A stretch of 64,000 bases of DNA from Octopus sinensis (Eukaryota), in assembly GCF_006345805.1 (NCBI RefSeq), contig NC_042998.1:137330001-137394000 (forward strand). Reading direction: 5' to 3'. Shown in pieces: positions 1 to 12,534 of the stretch (positions are counted from its first letter, which is position 1; each line of letters begins with the position of its first letter). Made by a program: the position numbers and the translations under genes. The notes beneath the pieces are model-generated. The model made no database searches, had not been told where the DNA came from, and saw nothing but the letters and a program-made list of their open reading frames with translations.

Positions 1-212
1 CGGTGTATGTGTATATGTATGTATATTACTTCAAAAGTTCCCGCAAGCCCATATGTAAAAAAAAATTTTTTTTTTACGGAAATCGACGGAAAGGTCTACT
101 AGAGACGAAAGATCGCCCGTATCCTTTTATAATCTAATATTTTGTTTCATCACGTTTACGTCATTCTAAAATGTTATCAGGAGACAAGAGGGAATATAAT
201 ATACCCTCTTGT

Positions 213-412
213 AGGCGGCGAACTGGCAGAAACGTTAGCACGCCGGCCGAAATGCTTAGCGGTATTTCGTCTGAGTTCAAATTCCGCCGAGGTCGACTTT
301 GCCTATCATCCTTTTGGGGTCGATAAATTAAGTACCAGTTGCGTACTGGGGTCGTCCTAATCCACTGGCCCCCTCCCCAAAAATTTCGGGCTTTGTACCC
401 AGAGTAGAAAAG
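213..412 (+). mobile_element. tRNA-derived SINE (family S1) with 15-bp target-site duplication
   Basis: Head aggcggcgaactggcagaaacgttagc, B-box-like gagttcaaattcc, central gaggtcgactttgcc..tcatcctt..ggggtcgataaattaagtaccag. AATATACCCTCTTGT is repeated at 198-212 and 413-427. Same family recurs at 31570-31799 (-), 37725-37954 (+), 38783-38998 (+). Confidence 0.85.
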
Positions 413-564
413 AATATACCCTCTTGTCTCCAGACAGATTGTACTTGCCGGAATGGTATGGCATTATCTCCCCTGAATTACATGTAACTTATCTCCCCTT
501 CTCATTTAAATTTGTTCGCAATTGTCAGAAGTTATTTTATCATTACTCTCTTAAAAAGAAGATA

Positions 565-1072
565 TCTATATATATAAAACTCTAGTTGTGTGAGTGTCTG
601 TCCCCTTCGATTTAGATTCCTAACTCCTCCCACATTTTGCTGTGCAGTTTAACCAAAACCGGGTATCTTATAGTCGTGATTCATATCGAGCCCGTCTGAC
701 TATTAGCGCGCGTCAACGATGAGTCTACGATTTTAAAAATAATTTAACATCATTTTTTATTCCATTTTAATGCATAAAATGCATCGTGTGTCGATGGCGG
801 CGGAGTTGGCGTCCACGCTCACAGCTGCACCTGTTTGCTTCTCCCCTTCTTCCCTCCCTCGTGAAGCTGTGGGGAAGGGAGTGTAAAGAAATCAACGTCG
901 TAATGCGTTGTGAAGGAGACCAGCGTTCTTTTAGAACAACGACTTCATGGCTTGAAGACACCAAAACAAAAATGGCTAAGAAAGCCCGAATTTATAAGGG
1001 AAGTAACTCTCTAAAAATGCTTATATAGTTATTTCCCTTACAAACCCGAGCAACGCCGGGCGATACTGCTAG
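565..1072 (+). mobile_element. Non-autonomous Helitron, copy 1 of a head-to-tail pair
   Basis: Starts A|TCTATATATATAAAAC. Ends with hairpin cccg-agcaacgc-cggg then CTAG (1069-1072). No TSD. Confidence 0.85.
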
Positions 1073-1583
1073 TCTATATATATAAAACTCTAGTTGTGTG
1101 AGTGTCTGTCCCCTTCGATTTAGATTCCTAACTCCTCCCACATTTTGCGGTGCAGTTTAACCAAATTCGGGTATCTTATAGTCGTGATTCATATCGAGCC
1201 CGTCTGGTTATTAGCGCGCGTCTACGATGAGTCTACGATTTTAAAAATAATTTAACATCATTTTTTATTCCATTTTAATGCATAATCTTTCGTGTGTCAA
1301 TGGCGGCAGAGTTGGCGTCCATGGTCACACCTGCACCTGTTTGCTTCTCCCCCCTTCCCTCCCTCGTGAAGCTGTGGGGAAGGGAGTGTAAAGAAATCAA
1401 CGTCGTAATGCGTTGTCAAGGAGACCAGCCTTCTTTTAGAACAACGACTTCATGGCTTGAAGACACCAAAACAGAAATGGCTAAGAAAGCCCGAATTGGC
1501 ATCTATAAGGGAAGTAACTCTCTAAAAATGCTTATATAGTTATTTCCCTTACAAACCCGAGCAACGCCGGGCGATACTGCTAG
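1073..1583 (+). mobile_element. Non-autonomous Helitron, copy 2 of a head-to-tail pair
   Basis: Starts TCTATATATATAAAAC directly after the CTAG of copy 1. Same hairpin and CTAG (1580-1583) followed by T. About 20 differences from copy 1 by eye. Confidence 0.85.
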
Positions 1584-2049
1584 TTTTCAATAAATCAAGT
1601 ATTTATCTTGTATGCTATTTGAAATATTTTTATTCGTCTTCAATGTTTTAATGAGATATAGATGTATGTTTAAGAAGCCCGCTTTGCGACCACTCGGTCA
1701 GTCCCTTGGACCTTCTACTATAGCTCAGGCTAAGGCTGTGCCTCGACCTTCACTATACGTGTGGCAAATAGTTGGATTTGTTTTATACAAGACATCAGCT
1801 GTCTAACACAAGCCCATATCTTGCTAATGCATAGATAGTAAACGATTGCATACAGGATGATTTCGCACCCCTGCATGCACCATGGCGGTTTCCAGAGACT
1901 GTCTCAGGTCATGTCACTCTTATCCTCAACTAATCCCCTATTGAAATCTTGAACTGTTTTTCTGCCTAACAGTTTTGTGCAGCTGGTACAGTGCTGTGGG
2001 CAACCAGACTCTGAACACTTTTACTGGATCCTCAGACTGGTTAACATGG

Positions 2050-2480
2050 ACTTCTCAAATAGCCTTGTTGCAAACCCACCCAATGCACCTTTCAGAGACA
2101 TACAATTCAGCATTTGACCATCAAGCAGATGCCATTGTACATTATGGTGATCCAGCCACTAAAAACGGCTGAAATTGACAGCTCTTAGGACAACTGCCAA
2201 ATAGAGATGCTCTACCCAGTCAAGTGCCTTGGACTGATCCAAATTGACCAGTATGCCACCAAAACTGCATTTATTCCCAACCTGTTCCGTGATGTATTAC
2301 ATGAGGTAGAGGTTATAGTGGAAGACCTACCAGGGATCACACAGGCTTGCATGTCACTAACTACACAACTAACAACAAGCTCTAGCTTCTTGGCAAGCAT
2401 CTTAACTAAAATCTTTAACTCTGTGTTGAGCAGATTTATGCTCAGTCATACCCCCATTGTTCAGATCCTTCTTCAGCAAT
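2050..2480 (-). pseudogene. Decayed L1/Tx1-clade LINE reverse transcriptase fragment
   Basis: Minus-strand frames give LLNTELKILVKMLAKKLELVVSCVVSDMQACVIPGRS and GILVNLDQSKALDWVEHLYLAVVL, matching Tx1/L1 RT motifs (LLNxDxKILAK, Q.CAVPGRS, LDQxKAFDRVxH). Stops and frameshifts present. Confidence 0.75.
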
Positions 2481-3031
2481 GTGCCACCACTCCCCAATCT
2501 GTTGCTAGCTGCAGTAGACAGCTACTAAGAAGAAGAACAAGGAGGAGGTAGTTGTGTAGATATGTAGATAGACATGCAGGCAGTCTGGTTGTTTGGTCTC
2601 TCATATGTCAGTGAAACTAATGCAAACTAGTGCACACAGACAGAACAACTTCCTCGACTTACAATAAAGTTTGTTTCAACACATGATGTCATATTAAGAA
2701 TGTTGCAAAACATATACAAATGCAAAAATAATGATTAATTATTTTATAATGTTCACTCAAGCACATATTACCTTCTTTTGGCTGGTATACATTTCAAATT
2801 CCAATACTAAGAAAAACTTAAGGAGTGGTTATTACTATGTTCTACTTAACACTTACCTAGAAATGCAAAAATGTGTCATTTAGAAAGGCTATCAATTTAG
2901 GATGTCACATACCTGGGAAGTTATTGTTTACTGTAAAGGGGATAGATAGTCATTTCTAGATCAATTCAGACATGACTGCAAGTTTAAATTTTAAATCTTA
3001 TGTTTTATGATTTTTCGACAATACTGGTTGG

Positions 3032-3095
3032 TATGTATGTATGTATGTATGTATGTATGTATGTATGTATGTATGTATGTATGTATGTATGTATG
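3032..3095. repeat. (TATG)n microsatellite
   Basis: Direct inspection. Confidence 0.95.
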
Positions 3096-3560
3096 TCAGG
3101 TCACGAGTGCTACTGGTAGCATGTAACCCAGTACAACCTGTTGCATGGTCGGGCCGTCGGCAACTAAACCGGTAATACCACCAAGCTTGCTTGGTGAGGA
3201 GGGTGTTTATTGGACACCCTGCAGGATGAAAAACAAAACCCGTCAAAGGGTGGAGGAACTCTTGGGAGTCAACAACCATCCAATAAATGTGCAATTTTTT
3301 TTTTCTTAAGGCTTAAGGTTGTATCATGCGCGGGGACATAGAAATAATCGGACTGAATACCCGATCATGCGGTTAAACCATTGGAAGTGAAGGACTCCTG
3401 GCCCTTGTTAGGGCATCGTTCTAGGAGAAGGTAACTGAGATAACTCTGACATAAAATCTGCGGCTCAGTGGTTACCGATGATGTTAACTTGTTCTTCTTT
3501 TTGGATTATGGCTGCTGTTGATTAGTGAGTGGGACTGACTGTGCACAGCCTTTCCTCACT
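3096..3560 (+). mobile_element. Interspersed repeat resembling an RTE-type LINE 5' UTR
   Basis: Contains gggcatcgttctaggagaaggtaactgagataactctga, similar from memory to RTE 5' UTRs. No coding frame follows. Confidence 0.35.
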
Positions 3561-3751
3561 TTAAAAAAAATCTTCCTGCACAGGCATTGCACGATAACAA
3601 CATTGTTCATGATTGTTGATGGTGCTGTGAGTCTCAACTGAATGGCTGGCTGTAGCCTTAAAAAGCAAATAAAATTCACATTCGATCACAGCACCAATAA
3701 CAGTTAAGCCTCGTGCAATGGTCATACTCGATAACGAGGGGGCACCCATCA

Positions 3752-3772
3752 TGTGTGTGTGTGTGTGTGTGT

Positions 3773-3836
<64 letters not shown>

Positions 3837-3930
3837 ATGTATGTATGTATGTATGTATGTATGCATGCATGTATGTATGTATGTATGTATGTATGTATGT
3901 ATGTATGTATGTATGTATGTATGTATGTGT
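3752..3930. repeat. Compound (TG)n-(TATG)n microsatellite
   Basis: Direct inspection. Confidence 0.95.
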
Positions 3931-3961
3931 TTGAATGTATAAGTATGTATTTATGTATGCA

Positions 3962-4640
3962 TGTTCTCTTCAGTTTTTAATTATTTGAATTCTCCTCTGA
4001 GGAAAGAGCTGGATTCTAAGAAAGATACAAAGCTCTATCTTTAAAAAAATTTACTATTTAAACTTGATAAAAGTGTTGCAGATTTTTACTGTTTTGCTTA
4101 CAGATTGTATTTATAATACATGTGTTTGCTAGTTGACTAGTGATTTTGTAATCCCAGCTTTTCCAGATCATCACTCACGCATTTATTTGAAAAACCTAGT
4201 ACACCAATTATTACAGGTATAAATGAGAATTTACAATCTGGGTTTAACAGCTGGAGGTTTTAAAACTGTTGTCTATAGTTATCCTCTTTCTCTTTGATTT
4301 TTGAAGAAATATTTACATCAATAAGGCACCTGATTTCAATGAAATATTTCACCTTTTGATTTTATGAATGACACATAGATGGTGGGAATCTTTACAATGA
4401 TTCTCCTCTCAGCCAAGCAAATCTAGCATCTTCTTCTTTCATTCAGATGTTTCAGCAGTTTTCATTTGATTTTGTACAGTGTTCATTCCTCTTTTAATTA
4501 CCATATATAGCTGACTGATGTTGCAGCATTGTACACATCTTGGACCTGAGACTGTTTAAACTGGCCTTAAAGGGGCTTCCATTGCCACAACATATATTTG
4601 TGTGAGTGTCCCTCCATTGTTGTTGTGTTTGCTGTTGTTG
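3962..4640 (-). mobile_element. Degraded 3' part of an R4/Dong-like (restriction-like endonuclease) LINE
   Basis: Piecing minus-strand frames together gives YFIEIRCLIDVNI...NLQLLNPDCKFSFIPVIIGVLGF...DDLEKLG, homologous to the cleaner copy at 11765-12327. The 3' tail (..aaaaactgaagagaacatgcatac) abuts (CATA)n. Confidence 0.6.
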
Positions 4641-4651
4641 GACAAACTTAC

Positions 4652-4702
4652 CTCTGCTTTATAGACCACAGATTCAGTGACTCCCGAGATCAGAGTGCTT
4701 TT
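4652..4702 (-). CDS. Candidate 51-nt internal exon of an unidentified host gene (KSTLISGVTESVVYKAE)
   Basis: Acceptor ttttgctttttgacttcAG and donor GAG|GTAAGT. Only one open frame (phase 0 to 0), compatible with exon 6201-6270. No homology recognised; adjacent to an old LINE. Confidence 0.35.
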
Positions 4703-5168
4703 CTGAAGTCAAAAAGCAAAATATTTAGTCACTGCCCTCATAATCAAAAATTTGTTTTGGCAACATACTTGTTTTCTTTTTTTAGACTAAAGAATGGAAA
4801 ACTGTACATACCCATAATTGACCCCTTCAACCACAGCTGATATTGTTCTATGGAAGGCAACTTTTCTTTCCCTCCCAGAAAATATTATTATAACTTTTCA
4901 TCACTTATTCATTCTTCTCTCTGTCATCACCAAGTGAACCAGGACTATGCATGTACCTCCATCATAAAAGAGGCTATGTACTTCCAGCCAGTATGTCTGA
5001 AGAATTGCCATTATTACCAAGGGCAATAGCCAGTGTGAAAACATTAGTAACATTTTGACTAGTTATATGCCATAACAGTAATATACAGCTTGAAATAAAA
5101 GTATTTCTTTTTTAGTGTTCTTGATTTCTGACATATAGACAACTGAGCAATAATACAAATAACATATA

Positions 5169-5272
<104 letters not shown>

Positions 5273-5439
5273 AATATTGTATATTGGTAAGAAAAACAAA
5301 ACAAAAGAGTATTTTGCAAAGTCCCTGTAGTATTTGTTCTGCATTAAATTACAGACACTCCCATATGACTCTCAACAGTAGAAAATGTAATGAACTAATA
5401 ATTGACCTGCTAGAAATAAATGATACTATTGTTCATCCT

Positions 5440-5700
5440 CATCGTTATCATTATTTAATGTCCACTTTCCATGCTGGCATAGGTTAGACAGTTTAACTAG
5501 AACTGGTAAGCCGGAGAACTGCACTAGGTTCCAGTCCGATTTGACATGGTTTCTATAGCTGGATGCCCTTCCTAATGCCAACCACTCTGAGAGTGTAATG
5601 GGTGCTTTTTACGTACCACCAGCACAGGTGCCATTTACCTGACACCGACAATGGCCACAACAACAACTTCACAGGTGTCATTTACATCACAATGGCAATG
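5440..5700 (-). mobile_element. RTE-LINE 3' tail / RTE-tailed SINE fragment
   Basis: catcctcatcgttatcattatttaatgtccactttccatgctggcataggttagacag..gctggatgcccttcctaatgccaaccactc. The same tail recurs at 8040-8318, 22913-23050, 32625-32800, 53261-53450, 57350-57500 and 58830-59000. Confidence 0.75.
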
Positions 5701-6200
5701 GCTACAATTATGACTTCACTTGGCTCGACAAGCCTTTTCAAGCATAACATATCACCAATGGTCTCAGTCACTTGTCATCACCTCCATGAGACTCAACATT
5801 CAAAGATCATGCTATCAGCAATGGCCATGATTTTGATTTCATTGATATATTGATAAATATATACTATATACTGTATTTAATGGCATATAAGACACTTTTT
5901 CCCAAAACATGTCCTCAAAACACATTACCCTTAGTTCTACAAGTGAAGTTGGGACACTCATAAATGAATATGCACTGCTGAAATTGGGCTGCATTCAATA
6001 TGCCTGTGTATCTTTTATGCCATTGTATATGGTGAAATAAATATATACAATATATAATTAAAATTATACTGTACAAATATATCTACATGTATTTAATAAC
6101 ACTATAATACTCAGTGCCATGATTTGACCACAGAATTTTCCTTGGCAGCGTGAAACAAGGATCAGTTTTATTCTTTTATAGCTCATCAGAAGTCACTCAC

Positions 6201-6270
6201 ATCTTCCTTCCAAACTGATTTTTTCTTTTGGTCAGGAGCAAGAGCTGTGCTGAGACCTTTTACATGATCT
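6201..6270 (-). CDS. Candidate 70-nt internal exon (xDHVKGLSTALAPDQKKKSVWKED)
   Basis: Strong acceptor with branch-like CTAAC (ctttcctcctttctccccaCTAACttcAG) and donor GAT|GTGAGT. Single open frame, ending at phase 0. Confidence 0.45.
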
Positions 6271-7770
6271 CTGAAGTTAGTGGGGAGAAAGGAGGAAAGG
6301 AGGTCTCCTCAAACTCAAAACCTAACCAAAATGTTTACAATAGAATGTATTAAAGGAACTCATGAATGAAGGCCAGCTGATGGTGCTAAACCAGACAATG
6401 GATTAGATCTATGTAGGCTACTGCAGGATTTGAACTTCAAATACGAAACAAGAACTGGAACAAATGTTACAAGATATCACATATGATGCTCCAACAATTT
6501 TGTCAGTTCACCACTTAAGCTTGTTAATTTATTTAATGACCCTGGAAGAATATATAACAAAGTTGACCTCAATGATATTTGAAGTTAGAATGCAAAACAG
6601 ACACAAAGCAGCATGCCTAAAGCTCTAACAGTTTTGCCAATCCACCACTTAAGATTGTTAATTTATTTATCAACCCTGGAAGGATGAGTGGAAAAGTTGA
6701 CCTGAGATTTGAACCCAGATGATAAGACATCAGAATAAATTCATCCAATGTTCTAATACTATCATGTAAATAAGATTGCTGCCTAACATGAGAGTGAATT
6801 CCGAAAAACATTAAGAATAATAAAGCTAATCAGTTCAATCCTCATCCTCAGCTGTCATAAGATTAATCTGTAATTTAATGATGTGGCTTAATTTTACAGC
6901 ATGACCGAATATAGATATGATTCTGTATGTTAATTCATTCATAATTCACACTGTGTTGTTATTCTAGTACAGCCAACCACCAACCACGAATGAATATGAC
7001 TTGGTAATATGCACCATGCTTTTGCTATTTGCTTTAGGTACCTATGTAGTCATAAGCAGATATAGACACCCTCTACGACCCACACAATTGATCCAGTTGA
7101 ACTCATCTGCAGCTGAGTAGACTGGAACTCATCTATGACTGAGTGGTCTGGAGCAACATGAAATAAAATGCTTTGCTTAAGAACACAATGCACAGCCCAG
7201 TCCAGAAATTGAATCTACAACATTTTGATCATGAGTCAAACACCTTAACCACATGGCTATGCACATTCTTATTGCTCTGGTAATTATTCAACACTTACTT
7301 GTCTAAGTCATTTGACCAAGGCCAAGCTGGGGTACCACCCTGAGGAATTTTAGTTGAACTAATTGACCTCGGTACTTATTTTTTTCTTAAGCCTGGTACT
7401 TATTCTCTCAGTCTCTTTTACCTAACTGCTTAGTTGTAGGGACATAAACACACCAACACCAGTCGTGGGAGACAAACACAGGCACAAAGACACAGACACA
7501 CACACACACAGATGGTACCCAACTGATCCTACCATATTGTGTAGTTGACAAAATCCAAAACAAACAATGCATCACACCCTGTATGCACACACACACATAC
7601 ACATGCATGTGCATTGTTTGTTTTGGATTTTGTCAACTACATATATATGTATATATGAGTTAACATGTTTGTTTGTTTTTACCCAACTTTATATTTCATT
7701 CCTTCAAGTTCCTTGTAGTTCTGAATGATGTATCTGTAATGTATTGGGGTAGAAGAAATTCAATCAGCTA

Positions 7771-8318
7771 GGTCTCACCGAGGAAATAACTAGAGACCGA
7801 GACCTTTAGAAGTATGCTGTGCGTGAGAAGACCCGGCAGGACAAGTGAGGCTATAATCCCATGGCTTATACCTGGGATGTAGCCAGCCCACTTATGCATT
7901 CCTTTCCTTCTTGGGACACAAAACTTCACTTGTGAAGACCTGTCGAGGCAAGCAAAAATCAAAATCATAATCTATCAATGGAATTTGTGGCCATGATACC
8001 AGTGCCGGTGGCATGTAAGAGAACCATCCGAACGTGGCCGTAGCCAGTGCCGCTCGACTGGCCTCCATGCCAGTGGCACATAAAAAGCACCATCCGACCG
8101 TGGCTGTTGCCAGCTTCGTCTGGTCCCTGTGCTGGTGGCACGTAAAAAGCACCCACTACACTCACGGAGTGGTTGGCGTTAGGAAGGGCATCCAGCTGTA
8201 GAAACACTGCCAGATCAGACTGGGCCTGGTGCAGCCTTCTGGCTTTCCAGACCCCAGTTGAACCATCCAACCCATGCCAGCATGGAAAGCGGACGTTAAA
8301 CGATGATGATGATGATGA
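7771..8318 (+). mobile_element. 5'-truncated RTE LINE 3' end with (GAT)n tail
   Basis: GLTEEITRDRDL*KYAVREKTRQDK* C-terminus, then 3' UTR ending ggacgttaaac(gat)n. Confidence 0.75.
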
Positions 8319-8799
8319 GTGGCTTCTTTCAGTTTCCATCTACCAAATCCACTCACAAGGCTTTGGTTGGCCTAAAGCTATAGAAGACAGTTGTCATGTA
8401 TGTATGTGTGCGTGCATGTGTGTTTATGTATGTATGTATATGTGTATGCATGTATGTATGTATGTATGTATGTATAAAGGTGCCACACATTTGGACTGAA
8501 CCTAGAACCATATGGTTGCAAAGCAAACTTCTTACCACACAGCCACACCATGTTTATGTAATGTATATATACACATAGGTGTATAGCTTTTGACAATATA
8601 CATCAGCAAAGCATTACACACACATACTAACATAACACACACACATACATAAACTTAATCCATCATCCAATTTAACACCACCACCATCTTGAGTACCTTA
8701 AGTAGCGGTCACTTTGTTGAAAGTATGAAGGTCAGCTCTCCAGTTTGAGGATAACTTCCTCCCCTGCCTTCAGTCTTGGAGACTCTATAAGATAGCACT

Positions 8800-9115
8800 C
8801 CATCGATTACAACAAGGGTTCTAGTTGATCCTATCAATGGAACAGCTTGCTCGTGAAATTAACATGCAGGTGGCTGAACACTCCACAGACACATGTACCC
8901 TTAACCTGGTTCTCAGGTAGATTCAGTGTGACAAAGAATGTGACAAGACTGGCCCTTTGAAATACAGGAACTACTTATTTTTGCCAGCTGAGTGGACTGA
9001 AGCAGCATGAAATAAAGCATCTTGCTCAAGAAAAGAACACATAGCTAGCAATTGAACTCACAACCATATGATCATGCGCTAAATACCCTAACCACCAAGC
9101 CATGCACCTTCATGA
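8800..9115 (-). mobile_element. tRNA-derived SINE (family S4)
   Basis: ttttgccagctgagtggactg..aaataaag..cttgctcaag..ccctaaccaccaagccatgcacc. Related copies at 7080-7265 (-), 47800-47995 (-) and 49515-49790 (+). Confidence 0.7.
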
Positions 9116-9403
9116 GCGAGGAAAAAAAAACCATCACCTTACAAAAAAAGGCATGGAATTTTTGAAGGATACAGAGTTCTGACAGCTAACAACCAATGCT
9201 GGTAGGAAAAAAAGTTGCTTTGAATGTCATAGACGCTGTCATGGTTTCTTTTTTTCTTCTTTTTTTTTTTAAACATTACACAGAAAACCATTTTTTTTTT
9301 TTGTTGTTTATTTTGTAAATACTTGCTTGCAAACGAAGTGTACATGATTGTTAACAAGTGTCTGTTATGTTACACAGAGATAGGCTGGAATGGTTTCATG
9401 CAC

Positions 9404-9448
9404 CTGTCAGTTGAGTATAAACAGCCATTGTCTATTCCAGGCCTGCTT
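9404..9448 (-). CDS. Candidate 45-nt exon (xSRPGIDNGCLYSTD + ag)
   Basis: Acceptor tttccatttCTAACttttgatcaacAG; weak donor CAG|GTGCATG. The frame leaving a 2-nt overhang is open and joins in phase to exon 6201-6270. Confidence 0.3.
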
Positions 9449-10370
9449 CTGTTGATCAAAAGTTAGAAATGGAAATTATTCCCATATCCAGTCGCCATGA
9501 CAAATTATGCATCATTGAGTTATTGATCTCAATTAGAGTGGAAAATGTTGCTTGATTGCTTAGTTGAAATTATAATCCTGTTGTTAGACCAACATGCATT
9601 CTCTCTCTCTCTTTCTTTCTCCCCCCCCTCTCTCTATTTAAAGCAAAGGCTAGAGATACCTTTATTAATAATGGTTGAATAACCTGATAATTTTTTATCT
9701 TTAGACAGCAGAAAAACTAATAGTGTCTTTTTTCTTTTGTTTTTACTTTTCTTCTTTCTTTTTTTTTTTTGTGTGACATGCACAGCTGAGAATAAATATT
9801 ATCTATGTATTCTATACTTTCTGAATGATTGGTTTTAGTTTTTTGGTTCCAGTTATATTTGTCCAATAAAACGCGTTCAAGTTTAACCAACTTTACAGTG
9901 TTCAACATTTTGTGTGTGGTGTGGTGTGTGTGTGTGTGTAATTCAAGTAGTGAGGATTTAATTTCCTCATAAGGGATTATTCATAACAATCCAGATACCA
10001 ACTTGTGTTATCAAATATATTCAAACAAGGTTCCACAACATATATGTATAAGCAGTTCAAAAGTAATAATGAAAGAAAATGGAGAAGAGAAATATATAGT
10101 GGATACTTGGTTAAATTTACTAGTATCACAAGGAAAAAGTAATACATATAAGATTCAGGATACAAGGGGACCTGATCAACAAAATAAAGGACCAAAAAAA
10201 CAATCCCCAAAATCCTACATATGTTTCAATCCACCTTTAGGTTTGAATTATCAGCATTTTGTTGATCAGGTCTCTTTATATTTTAAATCTTATATGTATT
10301 ACTTTTTCATTGTGATGCTAATAAATTTAACCAAGTATCCACTATATATTTTTTCTTCTCCATTTTCTTT

Positions 10371-10403
<33 letters not shown>

Positions 10404-10404
<1 letters not shown>

Positions 10405-11248
10405 TAGCTTAAGGTGAACCACTCTACGCGCAGGTAGGGTGTGGTTGCTACTTTCTGTTGCTTCCTTTCTGTTTCTTATGGCCACATTCTCCCTCTTTGT
10501 TTCTCTCTCCTTTCTCTCTCACTTTCCCACTCTCTTACTCTTCTTTTCTCTCGGACTTTCCCTTGCTTTCTCTTACTCTCTATCTTTCTATATCTATTTC
10601 TCTCCCATTTATAAAAAACAAAAGATCTTGAGTAAGTTGAGAAAGAAAATATTTTGAAAGATCAATCAAGGCAGTAACAACGGAAAGCACACTTGCCTTT
10701 TGTACGTGCCACTATTTGAGCGATTAAAAATAAGGTAAAAAAGGATTTCTTTGTTAAATTTAGTACTTATTTGGGGAATTTTTCTACGATTGACCATGCA
10801 AATGAAAGCTCTAAACATGGGCTACATGCAGCTGTGAATCTCTTTCAGAAAAAATGAGAACTGTGAACAATAAAAAATAAAAGGCAAAAATATGTAAAAG
10901 TGAGAAATTTTTTTCAACTTCAAAAATCTTGCCTTAATTTTAAAAATTTCGAACCCATTTTCTGTGCTTAAATTACAAATCCACTTCCACTTAACCATGT
11001 TGAAAATTTGATTGGAATCAGGTAAAAGGTGTCCAATCTAGACCCCCAAGTGTCCCCAAAAATCAATAAAATCCCTATTTTCACAGCAAAGCAACCACTG
11101 TGGCACCCCAAAACGTCTCCCAATCAATTTCTCACCTCAAGTTACCCCCTCCGGTAAATTTGAATCCCCTTCCAGCCCCATTTAGACCCCTTTTTACATA
11201 AAAATCCAATTTGTATCCACGTTCGCCTTCTTCATTTTATAGATTAGA
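10404..11248 (-). mobile_element. Non-autonomous Helitron
   Basis: Minus strand starts A|TCTAATCTATAAAATGAAG. It ends with a hairpin (ctac-gcgcag-gtag core) and CTAG|T at 10404-10407, inserted in a TA run. Confidence 0.75.
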
Positions 11249-11594
11249 TATATAACAATGGTCATTCTCATAAAATCAAAAACACAACACAGCATCTATA
11301 ACAACAATTTTCATATTCACTATTGACAACTGGAGTTGGTTTGTTTACATCCCTGTAACTTGGTGGTTCAGCAAAAATGTCTGATAAGTTAAGTACTCGA
11401 TATAAAGAAAAGTAAGTATTGGGGATGGTATGTTCAACTAAATCCCTAAATGGGGTGCACCAGCATGGCTGCAATCCAATGACTGATACAAGTAAAATAT
11501 AGAACATAAAAGAAAAAGTATGGAATGTATTGTGGAATGTGTCATAAGCAGAGTGCAAGAGAATGCAAAGTCCCAGGTATACATGCATATATGG

Positions 11595-11692
<98 letters not shown>

Positions 11693-11764
11693 GCATACAA
11701 GCATGTATGTATGCATGTGTGTGTATGTACGTTTGTATGTATATACATGTGTGTATGTATGTCA

Positions 11765-12327
11765 TTCTTCAGTTTTATTTCAAGATTTCTTGCCAATAGA
11801 GAAAGAGCTGCTTTCTAACATAGATCCAAGGCTCCTTCATTGGAATTTTAACAATATCAACAGAGTATGTATGTATGTATGTATGTATGTATGTATGTAT
11901 GTATGTATGTATGCATGTATGTATGTGCAGATTTGTATGTTTTATGTATATATTCTCATGCATAGAATTACATATCTAGATATGCTCATATATACTTAAA
12001 TGATAAACTTCTGAAAAGTTTTACAAAATTTTATAGTTTCAGTGATGGTTTGGATCTGTAGTCTTCAAATCAGCTTTCTCCTTTCTGGTTTTGAGAATCC
12101 TAATTTCTCAAGATTGCTATTTAGGCAGTGTGTTACATATCCTAGTTCCCCAATAATTACTGGTATAAACCTGGAGTTGTAATCTGAGTAGAGTAACTGT
12201 AGACTTCTCAATTGTTTGGCATATGTATTTTCTTTTTTGCTGATCTTTGTCTTTATGCTAACATCCACTGGGTAGCTGATTTCCACAACTGTACACAGTT
12301 TCTCTTCTCTATCCCAAATCATTATGT
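11765..12327 (-). mobile_element. 5'-truncated R4/Dong-like LINE: RLE endonuclease C-terminus plus 3' UTR
   Basis: (P)DIMIWDREEKLCTVVEISYPVDVSIKTKISKKENTY..FIPVIIGELGYV..KFCKTFQKFII*, a PD-(D/E)xK RLE signature. Bounded on both sides by (CATA)n in element orientation. Confidence 0.8.
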
Positions 12328-12534
12328 CATTATGTATGTATGTATGTATGTAAGTATGTATGTATGTATGTACGTATGTACGTATGTACGTATGTACGTA
12401 TGTATGTATGTATGTATGTATGTATGTATGTATGTATGTATTGCCGACTATGAGAGAATTCTTCCTGATATAGTCTTCCTATGAGGCATGGTACAGTGAG
12501 TGGTCAGGCTGATCTGAAACAGAATAATGGAAAA

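Noticed and set aside
80-120. gtct-actag-agac-GAAA-gatc hairpin
   Set aside because: No CUGANGA upstream; not a hammerhead.
2771-2930. Short AG..GT segments (35 nt and 18 nt) that could continue the minus-strand exon chain
   Set aside because: Phases do not chain to any further exon and one gives an immediate stop; indistinguishable from chance.
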